Virus record (IMG/VR): IMGVR_UViG_2667527770_000007
Direction: 5' to 3' (one strand)
DNA length: 30,007 bases
Source of the DNA: a virus
Taxonomy: Duplodnaviria; Heunggongvirae; Uroviricota; Caudoviricetes
Shown piece after piece: positions 11,423-21,194 of this stretch; within the stretch, counting starts at the first letter, position 1; every line of letters begins with the position of its first letter. The translations under genes and the position numbers were made by a program. A model generated the notes under the pieces. That model was not told where the DNA came from. It did not search any database and saw only the letters and a program-made list of their open reading frames with translations.

Positions 11423-11925
11423 CTGTGTCGTCGCTCCGGCTTCAGTGATTTACGCAATTCCCGCGCCAGAAAATAGCGTGTCCAGCTGCGGTTCTTTTCA
11501 AGCGCTTCCACCATGAAGTTATTACGTGGAGCCAGTCGCCAGCCGCTGCCACCGGATGCACCACGATGATGACTACGACGACGTTTTGCTCCTCCCCGGA
11601 CACCAAAAAACAGAAACGCCGGATAGAAGTCACCAGAGATCATCCGGTTCCCCTTCCCGTTGCGCTGGTTAGGGGCAATGCGTGTCATAAAACCGGCTCG
11701 CTTTTTACTGGCTCTCGGCACCATATAACCAATCGAACGAGCCAGGCGTCCGGTCTGATAACCGGGGTTTTCACCCGGTGCCGACCGCGCACGGCGCATC
11801 ACCAGCCGACGGGCATCACGCATATGACGCTGCCCAATCGTGACAAACGCCCGCCGGACACGGGCGCGGTTAAAGCGCATCTCGGCGGGCTGCTGAACAT
11901 CAACGTGAAAAAAGGGAGTCGCCAT
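11419..11925 (-). CDS. Virion morphogenesis / tail-completion protein (HK97 gp10-like)
   Basis: 168-aa basic protein; position after head-tail joining genes. Confidence 0.45.
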   Translation of the reverse strand: MATPFFHVDVQQPAEMRFNRARVRRAFVTIGQRHMRDARRLVMRRARSAPGENPGYQTGRLARSIGYMVPRASKKRAGFMTRIAPNQRNGKGNRMISGDFYPAFLFFGVRGGAKRRRSHHRGASGGSGWRLAPRNNFMVEALEKNRSWTRYFLARELRKSLKPERRHR

Positions 11926-12310
11926 TGCTGCCTCCGTGACTCTGCCTACATTCGCCCAGCTCCGTACACTCCAGCAGCAGAAAGCGCCGCGCCCCGTTCA
12001 GATCGCGCTGACGTTTCACCCGGTACACACTGTCACCGCAGACCACCTCATAATCAGCGGTGATCCCCCGGCGGTAACGAATGGTGATGTAATGGGTGAT
12101 GGCGTCCCCGGTCTGCGCGGTTTCCTGCCAGGTGGTGGCACTGGTCTGGATAACCTTCGCCCATGTCCGGAACGTAACCGGGTATTGAGGCTCCACGCCA
12201 AAGTTATCCGCGGGCATATCCACCCGCAGGCGGATCAGGACGCGTTTATTCAGTTCACCGGGGTCCGGCAGAATGTAGGTTGCGCTGGTCTGCGCCTGAC
12301 GAATTTTCAT
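11900..12310 (-). CDS. Head-tail joining (head closure) protein
   Basis: 136 aa; position directly after the gp6-like connector gene. Confidence 0.5.
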   Translation of the reverse strand: MKIRQAQTSATYILPDPGELNKRVLIRLRVDMPADNFGVEPQYPVTFRTWAKVIQTSATTWQETAQTGDAITHYITIRYRRGITADYEVVCGDSVYRVKRQRDLNGARRFLLLECTELGECRQSHGGSNGDSLFSR

Positions 12311-12630
12311 TGCGGAAAGTACCTGTACGGGCCGACAAGCCAGCCAAAACTCTGCGGCATGTCGAGTTTCTCCACTTCCGTAACCGACGAGCGGTTTTCG
12401 TAAAAATGGCTGATAAGCATCAGCATCCCCAGACGAATATCATCCGGCAGGTGCAGCCCGTCCGGATCGCTCTCCGGAATGGTTTCATCCGGTGCATAGA
12501 GCTTCCGGTTCAGATACGTTTCCGTCCGCTTTTGCGCCGCACAGGCCAGCAGTTGCAGATGGCGGTCATCAGCATCGAAATCCTCATCCAGCCGGAGTTG
12601 GGCTTTAATCTCTTCCATTGTCAGAAGCAT
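12307..12630 (-). CDS. gp6-like head-tail connector protein
   Basis: 107 aa (MLLTMEEIKAQLRLDEDFDADD...); typical N-terminus and position after the capsid gene. Confidence 0.6.
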   Translation of the reverse strand: MLLTMEEIKAQLRLDEDFDADDRHLQLLACAAQKRTETYLNRKLYAPDETIPESDPDGLHLPDDIRLGMLMLISHFYENRSSVTEVEKLDMPQSFGWLVGPYRYFPQ

Positions 12631-12632
12631 AC

Positions 12633-12833
12633 TCAGCCCTCTTTACTGGTCGTGGCTTTTTTCTCTTTTGCCGCTTTACTGCTTTTTGCACTGGTTCCGC
12701 GCTCTGCTAACCCGGCCTGAAGTGCAATCTCCTGCACCCGGGCAGGAAGCGCCCCGTCGTCATACTCACCGGCCCGAATGACCTCAACACGCATACCGTC
12801 CGGTGACCATTTCAGATCTTGTTTCAGGATCAT
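12633..12833 (-). CDS. Small hypothetical protein between major capsid and connector genes
   Basis: 66-aa ORF with Lys-rich tail, tightly packed between flanking genes. No recognised family. Confidence 0.4.
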   Translation of the reverse strand: MILKQDLKWSPDGMRVEVIRAGEYDDGALPARVQEIALQAGLAERGTSAKSSKAAKEKKATTSKEG

Positions 12834-12855
12834 GATTCTTCACCCGTCAGAACAG

Positions 12856-12877
12856 GGGGCGCGGTTCCGCGCCCCTG
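12856..12877 (-). other. GC-rich hairpin immediately downstream of the major capsid gene
   Basis: Inverted repeat GGGGCGCGG-TTC-CGCGCCCC seen in sequence; no U-tract, so more likely an mRNA-stabilising or partial terminator structure. Confidence 0.35.
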
Positions 12878-12882
12878 AGTGA

Positions 12883-14088
12883 TTACGCCGCTGCAATCTT
12901 CAGCAGTTTGATGGCCTGCGAATCGACCAGCATCCCGCCGGTGCGCTTGGTGGTATAAAAACCGACAAACGGTTTATTGGTGTACGGGTCACGCAGAATG
13001 CGGGTGCCGATACGGTCAACGATGGTGTAACCCCGTTTGAAGTTACCAAATGCAATGGCTTTCGCATCAGCGGCGATATCCGGCATCTGTTCGTTTTCAG
13101 CGATACCGTAACCCGCCAGAGAGGACGGCTGCCCCAGTTCCAGCCCCGGACGCCACAGATAGTTACCCTCGGTGTCTTTCAGCAGACGGATGGCAAACAG
13201 GCTGTTGTTGTTCATCATGAACTTCGCGCCAGTGCGGTGTGCCTTACGCAGCGTGTAAATCAGTTTGATAATGGCGTCTGCGGTCACCGCGGTCGCTTCG
13301 CCGGATACAATATGCTGAAGTTTGCCGAACGCCCGGACCTTGTCGGTTTCATCAGTGGATTCATACGCCAGGAACCCTTTCGGCTTCTTGGTGCCATCGC
13401 CTGAGGTAAAGGCAATTTCTTCCTGTTCGGCAAATTCGGTTGCCAGCTCGCTGTTGATCCAGGCCTCCACGTTGAAGAAGGCATCGTCCAGCATTTTCTG
13501 GGTAGCCTGCGGGTTGCCGTAGATTTCCCCCATGAGAGGTTCAATCAGCTCCAGTCTGGAGGTGGCAGTCTGGGATCGCGTATCCGTTTCCCCCACCCAC
13601 CCGGAAGCCGTACCGCCCAGATTCACCAGTTTTTTGTAGTCGGAACCGCCAACGGTGATCACCGTGGCTTCCTGACGCATCACCACTTCATCTTTCAGCA
13701 GGTTAAGAATGTTGCGATCCAGTTCTTCCGGCACGGCGTAGCCACCGTCTTCATCGGTACCCACCTGCAATGCCTTACGCTCCAGATCGCGCAGACCGTC
13801 TTCACGGCCTTTACGTAGAAAGCCCACAAACGCCTCTTTATGCTCGGTGGCCAGTTTATTTTGCGCTCCACCTGCCGGACGTTTCAGCTCAAGCAGCTCT
13901 TTTTCAAGGTCGCTTTTGAGATTTTCCAGCTCGCTGAGTTTCCCGTTCAGGGTTTCCACCTGCCCGGCAAGCTTGCCTTTTTCCTGCTCAATCGCATCCA
14001 CGCGCTTGTCGTTCTTTGCTTTGAAGTCGTCAAACTTCTGCTGCAGCTCCTGCGCGACCTGTTCGACATCTTTAATATCAACCGCCAT
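12883..14088 (-). CDS. Major capsid protein, HK97 family
   Basis: 401 aa with coiled-coil N-terminal delta-domain-like region (MAVDIKDVEQVAQELQQKFDDFKAKND...) then capsid body; downstream of the prohead protease. Confidence 0.85.
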   Translation of the reverse strand: MAVDIKDVEQVAQELQQKFDDFKAKNDKRVDAIEQEKGKLAGQVETLNGKLSELENLKSDLEKELLELKRPAGGAQNKLATEHKEAFVGFLRKGREDGLRDLERKALQVGTDEDGGYAVPEELDRNILNLLKDEVVMRQEATVITVGGSDYKKLVNLGGTASGWVGETDTRSQTATSRLELIEPLMGEIYGNPQATQKMLDDAFFNVEAWINSELATEFAEQEEIAFTSGDGTKKPKGFLAYESTDETDKVRAFGKLQHIVSGEATAVTADAIIKLIYTLRKAHRTGAKFMMNNNSLFAIRLLKDTEGNYLWRPGLELGQPSSLAGYGIAENEQMPDIAADAKAIAFGNFKRGYTIVDRIGTRILRDPYTNKPFVGFYTTKRTGGMLVDSQAIKLLKIAAA

Positions 14089-14102
14089 CGTATTTCTCCT
14101 GA

Positions 14103-14789
14103 TTAGAAGTTCAGATTTTTCAGTGCATTCAGTGCAGAGCCCACATCCTCAGCGTCGCGCAGGGACAGTGCGCCATAGCCCCCGGCCATGAATGCTTTGG
14201 CCTGGGTACGGGAGAGTCCGACATCACGCAGGACTCTTTCGATTTTTTTCTGTTCGGGGATTTCCCCGCGGGCCAGCGCGTTCTTGACGTCGCTGATCCG
14301 CGCCTCGTCGTTAGACGGAAACGTCACCAGACTGACTTCCCAGAGGTCGATTTCTTTCAACAGAAAGGCTTCTTTGCTCCGGTCGTATTCCCAGTCTTTC
14401 AGGACGTACCCAATAGAAAGGCCGGTTAACGAACCGGCCTTCATGTGTGCATGTGCGCGTTTTGCGAGGGGATCATCATCAATAAGCAACCGTCCCCTGA
14501 CGTAAAGCCCGACATCGTCTTCCTTCATTTCGGTGTAAACACCGATGGGTTCATCCATGCGGTGCTGCCAGAGCAGCGCAGGTAACGCTTTTCTGTCACT
14601 CCACGCCCGCAGGGAAGCAGCAAATGCCCCGGACATCACCACATCATCGTGGCTGTCCTTTACACCAAAGACGGAGCCATACCCTTCAAACTCACCGGAG
14701 TCACTGACAGATTTCAGACTCAGCGGTACATCAAGACGTTGTTTCGTCTGCATTGGCGTTATCCTTCTGCTTACCGGCTTTACTGCCAT
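14103..14789 (-). CDS. Prohead protease, HK97 family
   Basis: 228-aa ORF between portal and capsid genes. The true start may be an internal Met, since the ORF as given overlaps the portal end by 59 nt. Confidence 0.75.
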   Translation of the reverse strand: MAVKPVSRRITPMQTKQRLDVPLSLKSVSDSGEFEGYGSVFGVKDSHDDVVMSGAFAASLRAWSDRKALPALLWQHRMDEPIGVYTEMKEDDVGLYVRGRLLIDDDPLAKRAHAHMKAGSLTGLSIGYVLKDWEYDRSKEAFLLKEIDLWEVSLVTFPSNDEARISDVKNALARGEIPEQKKIERVLRDVGLSRTQAKAFMAGGYGALSLRDAEDVGSALNALKNLNF

Positions 14790-15972
14790 CGGAGGGTTTC
14801 GTGGTCATGTTCATCGGTGTGAGATAGACATCCCCACCGGGACGCGGATTCATATCTTCCAGGTCGCGGCAGTCATTGGGAGAGTAAATTCCCCAGTTAA
14901 TCCCGGTGGCGTAGGCTTCAAAACGGGACTTCATATCCCCGCGCAGTAACGCCCCGGCGTTAAATTTGGCGTAATAAACGCCCTGCTTACTTTTTCGTAC
15001 CAGTCCGGTGTTGATCCGCTGCTCAATGCGGGTCAGATACGGCACCAGTGAATAGTTGATAAATCCCAGCCCCAGTTCTTCGATATTGTTGAAGGTGGCG
15101 CGATCGGTGTTCTGCACCATGTGCAATGGCACACGGAACAGACGACAGATTTCTTCAAGCTGAAACTTGCGGGTTTCCAGGAACTGGCTGTCCTCGGCGT
15201 TCAGCGCCATCGACTTCCAGTCCAGCCCCATCTCAAGGATCATCGGGCGGTGAGCATTACCAAGCCCGGTGTGACGCTCCTCAAAATCTTTCTTCAGACG
15301 CTCATAAGCCTGATCCGACAGCGTCTGCTCTGTACGCAACACACCGGACGTCACCGCACCATTGCTGAACAGTCTGGCCCCGTGCTCTTCGGTCGCAGCT
15401 GCCAGCGATATTGCCTCGCGGGCATAGGCGATGGGATTCAGTCCCACCAGACCGTCCAGCGTTAGCGTGCGCACATGCCAGATATCTTCCTGGCTCAGTA
15501 CATCCGTGGAGCCGTCCGGGAATGTGACCTGGTAAACCGGTTCCCAGCTACTGTTAAGCTTCGGTACCACACAACCTGGGTCGACGGGCAGCAGTTCAGC
15601 CACTTCGCCAAATGCTTTCACTTTGTAGGCGTAAAAGTTTCCCCGCAGGCACAGACAGGTGACCACCAGCTCCCAGAACTCCTGCGGCGTCATATAGCCA
15701 TTGGGATGCGTGGAGATCAGCTTATGCAGACGTTCGCCGGTGGCTCTCTGTTTCAGGCTGCCGTTCAGGTGATACAGGTTGCAGGGCAACATCCCGACCG
15801 ACTCCGCCAGCACCCTGACGCAGGAAAAAACCGCCGTCAGTCGCATGGCCCGCTGGCTGCTGATCTGCTTTCCGGTATAGGTGTCATATGACAGCCCGAT
15901 AGCATCCGCCAGCTCTGCTGGCGTGGTCACCGGTGCGTCACTTTTTCGTTGAAATAATCCCGAAAAGAACAC
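14731..15972 (-). CDS. Portal protein, HK97 family
   Basis: 413 aa; position after TerL. Confidence 0.8.
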   Translation of the reverse strand: MFFSGLFQRKSDAPVTTPAELADAIGLSYDTYTGKQISSQRAMRLTAVFSCVRVLAESVGMLPCNLYHLNGSLKQRATGERLHKLISTHPNGYMTPQEFWELVVTCLCLRGNFYAYKVKAFGEVAELLPVDPGCVVPKLNSSWEPVYQVTFPDGSTDVLSQEDIWHVRTLTLDGLVGLNPIAYAREAISLAAATEEHGARLFSNGAVTSGVLRTEQTLSDQAYERLKKDFEERHTGLGNAHRPMILEMGLDWKSMALNAEDSQFLETRKFQLEEICRLFRVPLHMVQNTDRATFNNIEELGLGFINYSLVPYLTRIEQRINTGLVRKSKQGVYYAKFNAGALLRGDMKSRFEAYATGINWGIYSPNDCRDLEDMNPRPGGDVYLTPMNMTTKPSDGSKAGKQKDNANADETTS

Positions 15973-16154
15973 TATTTACCTCCGCCGACAGACGGCTGTG
16001 TACGGTCGAGATATCGCGCCACCAGCCACGACCAGAACAGGCACAGCGCCCCGGCAACAACAAACCCCGCCGGGGGATAAATCAGCCAGGCACCATACGC
16101 CAGCAAAAGCGCACCCAGCACGCCCACCAGAGGCGCGAGAATCAGCATGATCAT
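15972..16154 (-). CDS. Small two-TM membrane protein (hypothetical) between terminase and portal genes
   Basis: 60-aa [52 protein letters not shown]... with two hydrophobic helices; 1-nt overlap with the portal start. Confidence 0.45.
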   Translation of the reverse strand: MIMLILAPLVGVLGALLLAYGAWLIYPPAGFVVAGALCLFWSWLVARYLDRTQPSVGGGK

Positions 16155-16165
16155 AATTACCTCAG

Positions 16166-17899
16166 TTAAAGCGAGCGGATCCCGTAGGACTCAATGTGAT
16201 CAGACAGCGTGTCTTCTTTCTCGTACAGCATGGCTCTGCCAACCGCCATAATCAGCGCAACTGCACCATCAATTTTGTTTTCCGCCTGCTCCTTGACGGG
16301 CTTCACCACATCATCGTTACCCGGAATGGTTTTGCCGACCACGTTGCCGATACACCAGGTCATGATGGGATTGCCGTCATGATGAAAACGCCCCGATTCA
16401 ATTGCCGCTTCCAGCTCTTTCATCGGGTCGGACATGTTGGTGTAGTTCTGAATGATGGTGATGGGGTTCAGGTCTTCATCCGCAAGGTCATGCGACAGCC
16501 CGGTCGCCCCGAAGGGGTCGATGGGTGACTCACTGACCGGGCTGATTTTGTTCGCCGCTTTGGCCTCCTCGAGGATGTAGCGATAATCCACCTCCGCACC
16601 ATCGGTAACGGTCAGAACGCCCATTTCCACCCATTTCTGAAAGCGCTCGGCTGTCCGGCGATCTTCATTTTTCTCGACGCTGTACACCGTGTCATACGGT
16701 ACCCAGAAGCGCGGAGCCACACTGTAGTAATGCGTTTTACCGTCAATCTCGCGGGTATAAAGTCGCGCCATACTGTTCATATCCAGCTTACGCGCCAGGT
16801 CAAAGGCCAGAATGCACGGCTGCCCCTCAAACTGCTCAAGGGTCAGTGATTTATTCTCGCAGCTCTGCCAGCTCACCAGGTTGAAATACGCCGAACGCGC
16901 CGACACCCAGATATTGAGGTGTTTTGTTTTAAAGACGTTTGCCAGACGGGCGTTATTTTTCGCACGTTGCTGCTGGCTTAACAAAAACTCGCGATAAACC
17001 GACACACCGATATTCGGGTTAGCTTTTTCAAGTACCTGCGGGTCGGTCCAGTCGTCGCCTTCGTCAACGGTATAGATGATCCCGAACAGTTCATCGTTGG
17101 GCACCGAGCCGTTGAGCATCTCGATGACTTCCCGCCGTTTGTCGTAGCACGGCCCCTCAATGTTGTACCCGGCGGTGGTAATGGCCCACATCAGTGGCTG
17201 GCGTCGCGCCCCCATCCCGGTAAGCATCGTGGTGTAAAGCGCATCTGTGGCGTGCTCGTGATATTCATCCACCACGGCACAGTGGGGTGATGAACCATCA
17301 CCAGGGTTACCGATCAGCGGTTCAAACCGCGCACCATCCTCCGGACGGTTCATGTTTGAGGCGTTAACCTCAATCCCGAACGCTTCCGTCAGCATGGGTG
17401 TGCGTTTACACATCAGTCGTGCCGGACGAAAGACTTCCCATGCCTGTTTCTCCGTCGTGGCACCGGAATACACTTCCGCGCCGAACTCGTTATCACAGGC
17501 AAAACAATACAGGGCAACACCGGCAGAGATTGCCGATTTGCCGTTCTTACGGGGAATTTCGGTATACACCTCCCGGAAGCGGCGCAACCGGGTGCCTTTA
17601 TTGACCCAGCCAAACGCACAGCAGATCACAAAGAGCTGCCACGGCTCCAGCGTGATGGGCATCCGTTTAAATGCCCACTCACCCTTGGTGTGCGGCAACA
17701 GCTGAATAAATTTCGCGGCCCGTTCAGCCAGGTCCTTGTCGAAGCGGTAACGAAACGACTTACTTTTTTCCTCCATCAGGTCATCAAGATGGCGCTGGCA
17801 GGCCTGAATCACAAACTGGCAGGCCACAATCTTTCCGCGCACGACATCACGGGCATACTGATTGGCAGCATTTACGTTGGGGTAAGATTTCCGGCTCAT
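16166..17899 (-). CDS. Terminase large subunit
   Basis: 577 aa with ATPase-like region and C-terminal nuclease-like region; follows TerS with a 4-nt overlap. Confidence 0.85.
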   Translation of the reverse strand: MSRKSYPNVNAANQYARDVVRGKIVACQFVIQACQRHLDDLMEEKSKSFRYRFDKDLAERAAKFIQLLPHTKGEWAFKRMPITLEPWQLFVICCAFGWVNKGTRLRRFREVYTEIPRKNGKSAISAGVALYCFACDNEFGAEVYSGATTEKQAWEVFRPARLMCKRTPMLTEAFGIEVNASNMNRPEDGARFEPLIGNPGDGSSPHCAVVDEYHEHATDALYTTMLTGMGARRQPLMWAITTAGYNIEGPCYDKRREVIEMLNGSVPNDELFGIIYTVDEGDDWTDPQVLEKANPNIGVSVYREFLLSQQQRAKNNARLANVFKTKHLNIWVSARSAYFNLVSWQSCENKSLTLEQFEGQPCILAFDLARKLDMNSMARLYTREIDGKTHYYSVAPRFWVPYDTVYSVEKNEDRRTAERFQKWVEMGVLTVTDGAEVDYRYILEEAKAANKISPVSESPIDPFGATGLSHDLADEDLNPITIIQNYTNMSDPMKELEAAIESGRFHHDGNPIMTWCIGNVVGKTIPGNDDVVKPVKEQAENKIDGAVALIMAVGRAMLYEKEDTLSDHIESYGIRSL

Positions 17900-18399
17900 G
17901 ATTCGATGATTTTCAGAAACGGGTTAGTGGCTTTCTTCTGCCCCGCCAGGCCAATCAGACGCTGGCGGCTGCTGGGGTCGAGTCCGAGCATTGCCCCCGT
18001 ACTGCTCATCTCGGACTCCTGTTCTTTTTTGGCGGTCAGCTCCGGATTTTTGACCATACCGCCCATTGCACCGGTGATGGTGTTGCCCTGTCTGGCAATA
18101 TTTTTCACGGCACGTCGCCAGAACTCGTAGGCCACGCACCACCGCTCAAGCACCGCGAGGTCAGTCACGCACAGCAGACCCTGACCGCAGAGTTCTTTAG
18201 TTGTCAGTTGCCACATGATCGTAGCGAGAGGGAGATCTTCTTCAGCGAACCACTCCGGTGGCTCAACACCTTTGATGGGCGTAAAAACAGGTTCATCTTT
18301 ATTCAGGGCTCGCTTGCCGGGGTTTCCGGCCAGCGCCTTGCGCGCCGTTGGCTTGGGGCGACGCCCGGAACGCCCCGCCGTTCCAGCCATATGCGGCAC
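17896..18399 (-). CDS. Terminase small subunit (P27 family)
   Basis: 167 aa; N-terminus [18 protein letters not shown]...GNPGKRALN typical of P27-family TerS. Confidence 0.75.
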   Translation of the reverse strand: MPHMAGTAGRSGRRPKPTARKALAGNPGKRALNKDEPVFTPIKGVEPPEWFAEEDLPLATIMWQLTTKELCGQGLLCVTDLAVLERWCVAYEFWRRAVKNIARQGNTITGAMGGMVKNPELTAKKEQESEMSSTGAMLGLDPSSRQRLIGLAGQKKATNPFLKIIES

Positions 18400-18515
18400 T
18401 CCTGGTTAAATTTCATTTTTCGCGGGTATAAAAAAACGATGGGGCGGGCAGTCCGGAAGACGTCAGGCTGCAGGGATTTGACCCGCCCCTCCCCTCATGC
18501 AGTTGAGAATTATTA

Positions 18516-18866
18516 TCACTTTAGCCGTTCACGGGCCGTCTTCGCCTTATGGCACGGCCAGCACAGGCTCTGCAGATTACTGTCTGCATCGGTGCCGCCA
18601 TGCGCTTTAGGGATGATGTGGTCAACGGTTTTAGCTTCACGCACCACACCGGCACGCAGACATAACTGACACAGGCCTTTGTCACGTTTCAGCACACGCG
18701 CACGGATAACGTCCCACTTCGAACCGTAGCCGCGCTGATGACGGGATTGTCCTGGCTTGTATTGCTTCCAGCCTTCGCTTTTGTGGCTTTCGCAGTAGCC
18801 TGACGGGTCTGTCGTGGTATTACGGCAGCCGCGAACGCGGCAGGCTTTTGGAGTTCGAGGGGGCAT
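18516..18866 (-). CDS. HNH endonuclease (terminase-associated)
   Basis: 116 aa with Cys pairs and a His/Asn motif (...VDHIIPKAHGGTDADSNLQSLCWPCH...); located just upstream of TerS as in HK97-like cos phages. Confidence 0.8.
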   Translation of the reverse strand: MPPRTPKACRVRGCRNTTTDPSGYCESHKSEGWKQYKPGQSRHQRGYGSKWDVIRARVLKRDKGLCQLCLRAGVVREAKTVDHIIPKAHGGTDADSNLQSLCWPCHKAKTARERLK

Positions 18867-18892
18867 AAATATATTCCTGTTCTTTGTTCGGA

Positions 18893-19165
18893 CTATTTGA
18901 CTGCTGCCAGCAAAGCGTTACGGCGCATCTCGATACTTCGAATCCCCGCTTTGTCAATATTGCATTGTCCCAACGCCGAAAGCAGGCTCACATTCAGATC
19001 CAGACTGGCCCCATAGGTCAGCGGCTCGGGAATGACTGGCTGGGGAGTTTCAGTAGTCAGGCTTGCTGGCAACGGTACCGCCGGAATCGGTACGTAAACT
19101 GTTCGCGTACTTCCGCAACCGGTCAGCAGCGGCAGCAGGCACAGGACGTGAAGCACAATCATCAT
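18893..19165 (-). CDS. Rz1-like outer-membrane spanin (o-spanin) lipoprotein
   Basis: Lipobox LLTGC after a signal peptide (MMIVLHVLCLLPLLTGCGS...), proline-rich; starts inside Rz in another frame and runs past its stop (overlapped architecture). Confidence 0.65.
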   Translation of the reverse strand: MMIVLHVLCLLPLLTGCGSTRTVYVPIPAVPLPASLTTETPQPVIPEPLTYGASLDLNVSLLSALGQCNIDKAGIRSIEMRRNALLAAVK

Positions 19166-19442
19166 CCGCAACAGCCACTTTGATATCTTCCTGGGTTCTC
19201 TGTGACTCCAGTGCGATCTGCTGTTTTGCATGTTGATTCGCCTCCTGAATGATGTTCGTTATTGCCATAGTACGCAGAACATTCGCGGTGATAGCCTCAG
19301 TAGAATCAGCTCGCTGTTCCGCAGCGTCAGCACGCTTCTGTTCCTTCAGAAACTTTCCGTGGTAGTGATTAGCTGACCAGACAAGACCACCAGCAATACA
19401 AGCAATAAACGTTAAAATGAGCGCCCAATAACTCATCTTCAT
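19050..19442 (-). CDS. Rz-like inner-membrane spanin (i-spanin)
   Basis: 130 aa with N-terminal TM helix then charged coiled-coil-like region; directly downstream of the endolysin. Confidence 0.7.
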   Translation of the reverse strand: MKMSYWALILTFIACIAGGLVWSANHYHGKFLKEQKRADAAEQRADSTEAITANVLRTMAITNIIQEANQHAKQQIALESQRTQEDIKVAVADDDCASRPVPAAAADRLRKYANSLRTDSGGTVASKPDY

Positions 19443-20053
19443 ACCAGCAGCGCCGCCCGCGCCTTGTTGTATCGAACCTTACGATCCTCAATACCGTTCA
19501 GACCGCCGTTAATGATGCGCGTAACACGATTAATATCAGCACCGTAGACCATGCAGCCTTTAGAGGTGTAGAACCATGCAGCTGAGCGCGCGGCCTGTAG
19601 CTCCTGCTCCAGTTGTTCAGGTGAGGTCACCAGATCTAACTTCAGCGCCGCGCCACAGATGCGATAATTATGAAGGCCAGTGATTTGAATTAATCCTCTA
19701 CCACGATATTTCCAGCCATCACCGGGTGCTTTGTTACCCAGTCGGTTGCTATACACCAGATTGGCAATAGCATCCTGACGAGCTGCATGTCCGGATGTTC
19801 TGCCAAGGGCATCAGCCTGCTGCTGTGTGATCCTCTTTCCGAACGTCGCCACCAGCGCAGATGGTGTGTAGTTAAAATTTTCAACTACGGCGCTAAACCC
19901 CATCGACTCATGGCCTACCTGAGCGATAAACATTGCCTGATCCGCTGGTGCTGTAATGCCGAATTCCTTCATCGCCGCATCAATGTGCGGAAACCAGCGC
20001 GCAGCCAGCCCGGCGCTAATACCAGCCGCCTTTTGAAATAATTGTTGGTTCAT
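19439..20053 (-). CDS. Endolysin, glycoside hydrolase family 19 (chitinase-like lysozyme)
   Basis: 204 aa (...IAQVGHESMGF...YRGRGLIQITG...) resembling GH19 endolysins; sits in the lysis cassette. Confidence 0.75.
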   Translation of the reverse strand: MNQQLFQKAAGISAGLAARWFPHIDAAMKEFGITAPADQAMFIAQVGHESMGFSAVVENFNYTPSALVATFGKRITQQQADALGRTSGHAARQDAIANLVYSNRLGNKAPGDGWKYRGRGLIQITGLHNYRICGAALKLDLVTSPEQLEQELQAARSAAWFYTSKGCMVYGADINRVTRIINGGLNGIEDRKVRYNKARAALLV

Positions 20054-20334
20054 TAGTGCCTCAGATGATCAACCAGACGTGCAACGTTGCCTCTGACGGC
20101 CACCAGCACGGAAAGAAAAATAGTGTTCGCCACGATAATGGGCCATGAGGAATGAGGATAAATCCCACAGAGATAGGCCAACGGAACAGCACTGTATGTA
20201 ACAGTAATCAGCCAGGCTAAACGTGAAACCCAAGGACGATGCCGCGAATCACCACGACGATAAAACATCAGAGTAATAACAACACAAGCACATAACAGCG
20301 CATTTATAGTTGCTGTCGGGTCATTTAGCTCCAC
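20053..20334 (-). CDS. Holin/antiholin-like membrane protein
   Basis: 93 aa with predicted TM helices, between holin and endolysin. Confidence 0.5.
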   Translation of the reverse strand: MELNDPTATINALLCACVVITLMFYRRGDSRHRPWVSRLAWLITVTYSAVPLAYLCGIYPHSSWPIIVANTIFLSVLVAVRGNVARLVDHLRH

Positions 20335-20707
20335 CTGAACCTCCCCGGCGCGTTATGAGCGCCACCAGCGAGCCGATATCCTGATTATTCAGGAACGTCA
20401 GGATTTTAACGGCTAAAGCAGAGACGATTACGGCACCAATAGCATCCAGAGGTTTATCACTGTATCCGGTCAAGTTCGCCAGCTTGGAGCCAACCAACCC
20501 AGAGCAAAGAATCCCGGCAATATATGACACGATAAAATATGCCAGTCGGCGCGATGCACTCAGATCTGCTGCTGTTGCTATGTAGAATACAGCCCCTGCA
20601 AATGCGCCAAATACAACGCCGTAATCAGTTCCGGTCAGCAGTCCATAAACACTGGCACCCGTCAGGGCACCACCAGCCAGCCCAGTACCGGAAATCGGAT
20701 CGGACAT
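20321..20707 (-). CDS. Putative holin
   Basis: 128 aa, glycine-rich with multiple TM helices, first gene of the lysis cassette. Confidence 0.55.
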   Translation of the reverse strand: MSDPISGTGLAGGALTGASVYGLLTGTDYGVVFGAFAGAVFYIATAADLSASRRLAYFIVSYIAGILCSGLVGSKLANLTGYSDKPLDAIGAVIVSALAVKILTFLNNQDIGSLVALITRRGGSGGAK

Positions 20708-20786
20708 TTAGCCCCCTCTTAATTGCTGTTGGTCCTCTCAGATATGAGGGGAAGGGATCTTAATGACAGTCTGTTTATTATTTCAG

Positions 20787-21043
20787 TCAAACACTACCCT
20801 GTTGATGATTTCTCAGAAGCGAACTTGACTCCCAAGGGAAACTCAACTTTCCGTTAAAACCACCAGCAGACATTCGTTCAATTTCCACAGAAATATCACT
20901 GAGCCGTTCTTCAAGCTCTGCTTTTTCTTTTACCAGACGGTTATAGCGGCTTAGATGAAGCTTTTGCTGCTCCAGCCAGTCTTCAAGCTGTTCAACAGTC
21001 ATACCAGGGTTAAAAAAATATGGCTGCTGCTTTTCGCCCTGCA
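20787..21043 (-). CDS. Hypothetical protein, first gene downstream of tR'
   Basis: 85-aa ORF (MQGEKQQPYFFNPGMTVEQLEDWLEQQKL...) starting at the ATG preceded by CTGGAGG; the ORF track extends it to 21113 across the terminator hairpin, which I consider unlikely. Confidence 0.5.
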
Positions 21044-21060
21044 TTATTGACCTCCAGAAA

Positions 21061-21086
21061 AGCAAAAACCCCGCCGAAGCGAGGTT
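21061..21086 (-). terminator. Intrinsic terminator (tR'-like) for the short late leader transcript
   Basis: Minus-strand RNA CCUCGC-UUCG-GCGGGG followed by UUUUUGCUUUUC: 6-bp GC stem, UUCG tetraloop and U-tract, about 110 nt downstream of Q. Confidence 0.65.
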
Positions 21087-21134
21087 TGTTATGATTTCGT
21101 TAACGGCAGACATACAAAGCCCATCGTTAGGAGA

Positions 21135-21163
21135 ATCCTAACCATATTTTTTGAAAAATGCAA
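21135..21163 (-). promoter_or_regulatory. Candidate late promoter PR' (-35 TTGCAT, 17-bp spacer, -10 TAGGAT) with expected Q-utilisation site
   Basis: Sigma70-like hexamers read on the minus strand between the Q stop and the tR'-like terminator; the -10 is weak, so this is inference from lambdoid architecture. Confidence 0.4.
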
Positions 21164-21194
21164 GCATCATGTCGCCATCTTCGGCGAAAATCAT

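Noticed and set aside
7059-12720. Several long plus-strand ORFs (7059-7517, 7748-8092, 10886-11476, 11566-12063, 11936-12403, 12280-12720) antisense to tail and head genes
   Set aside because: Arg/His/Pro-rich translations typical of antisense frames in GC-rich phage genes; the minus-strand genes form a tightly packed, syntenic module.
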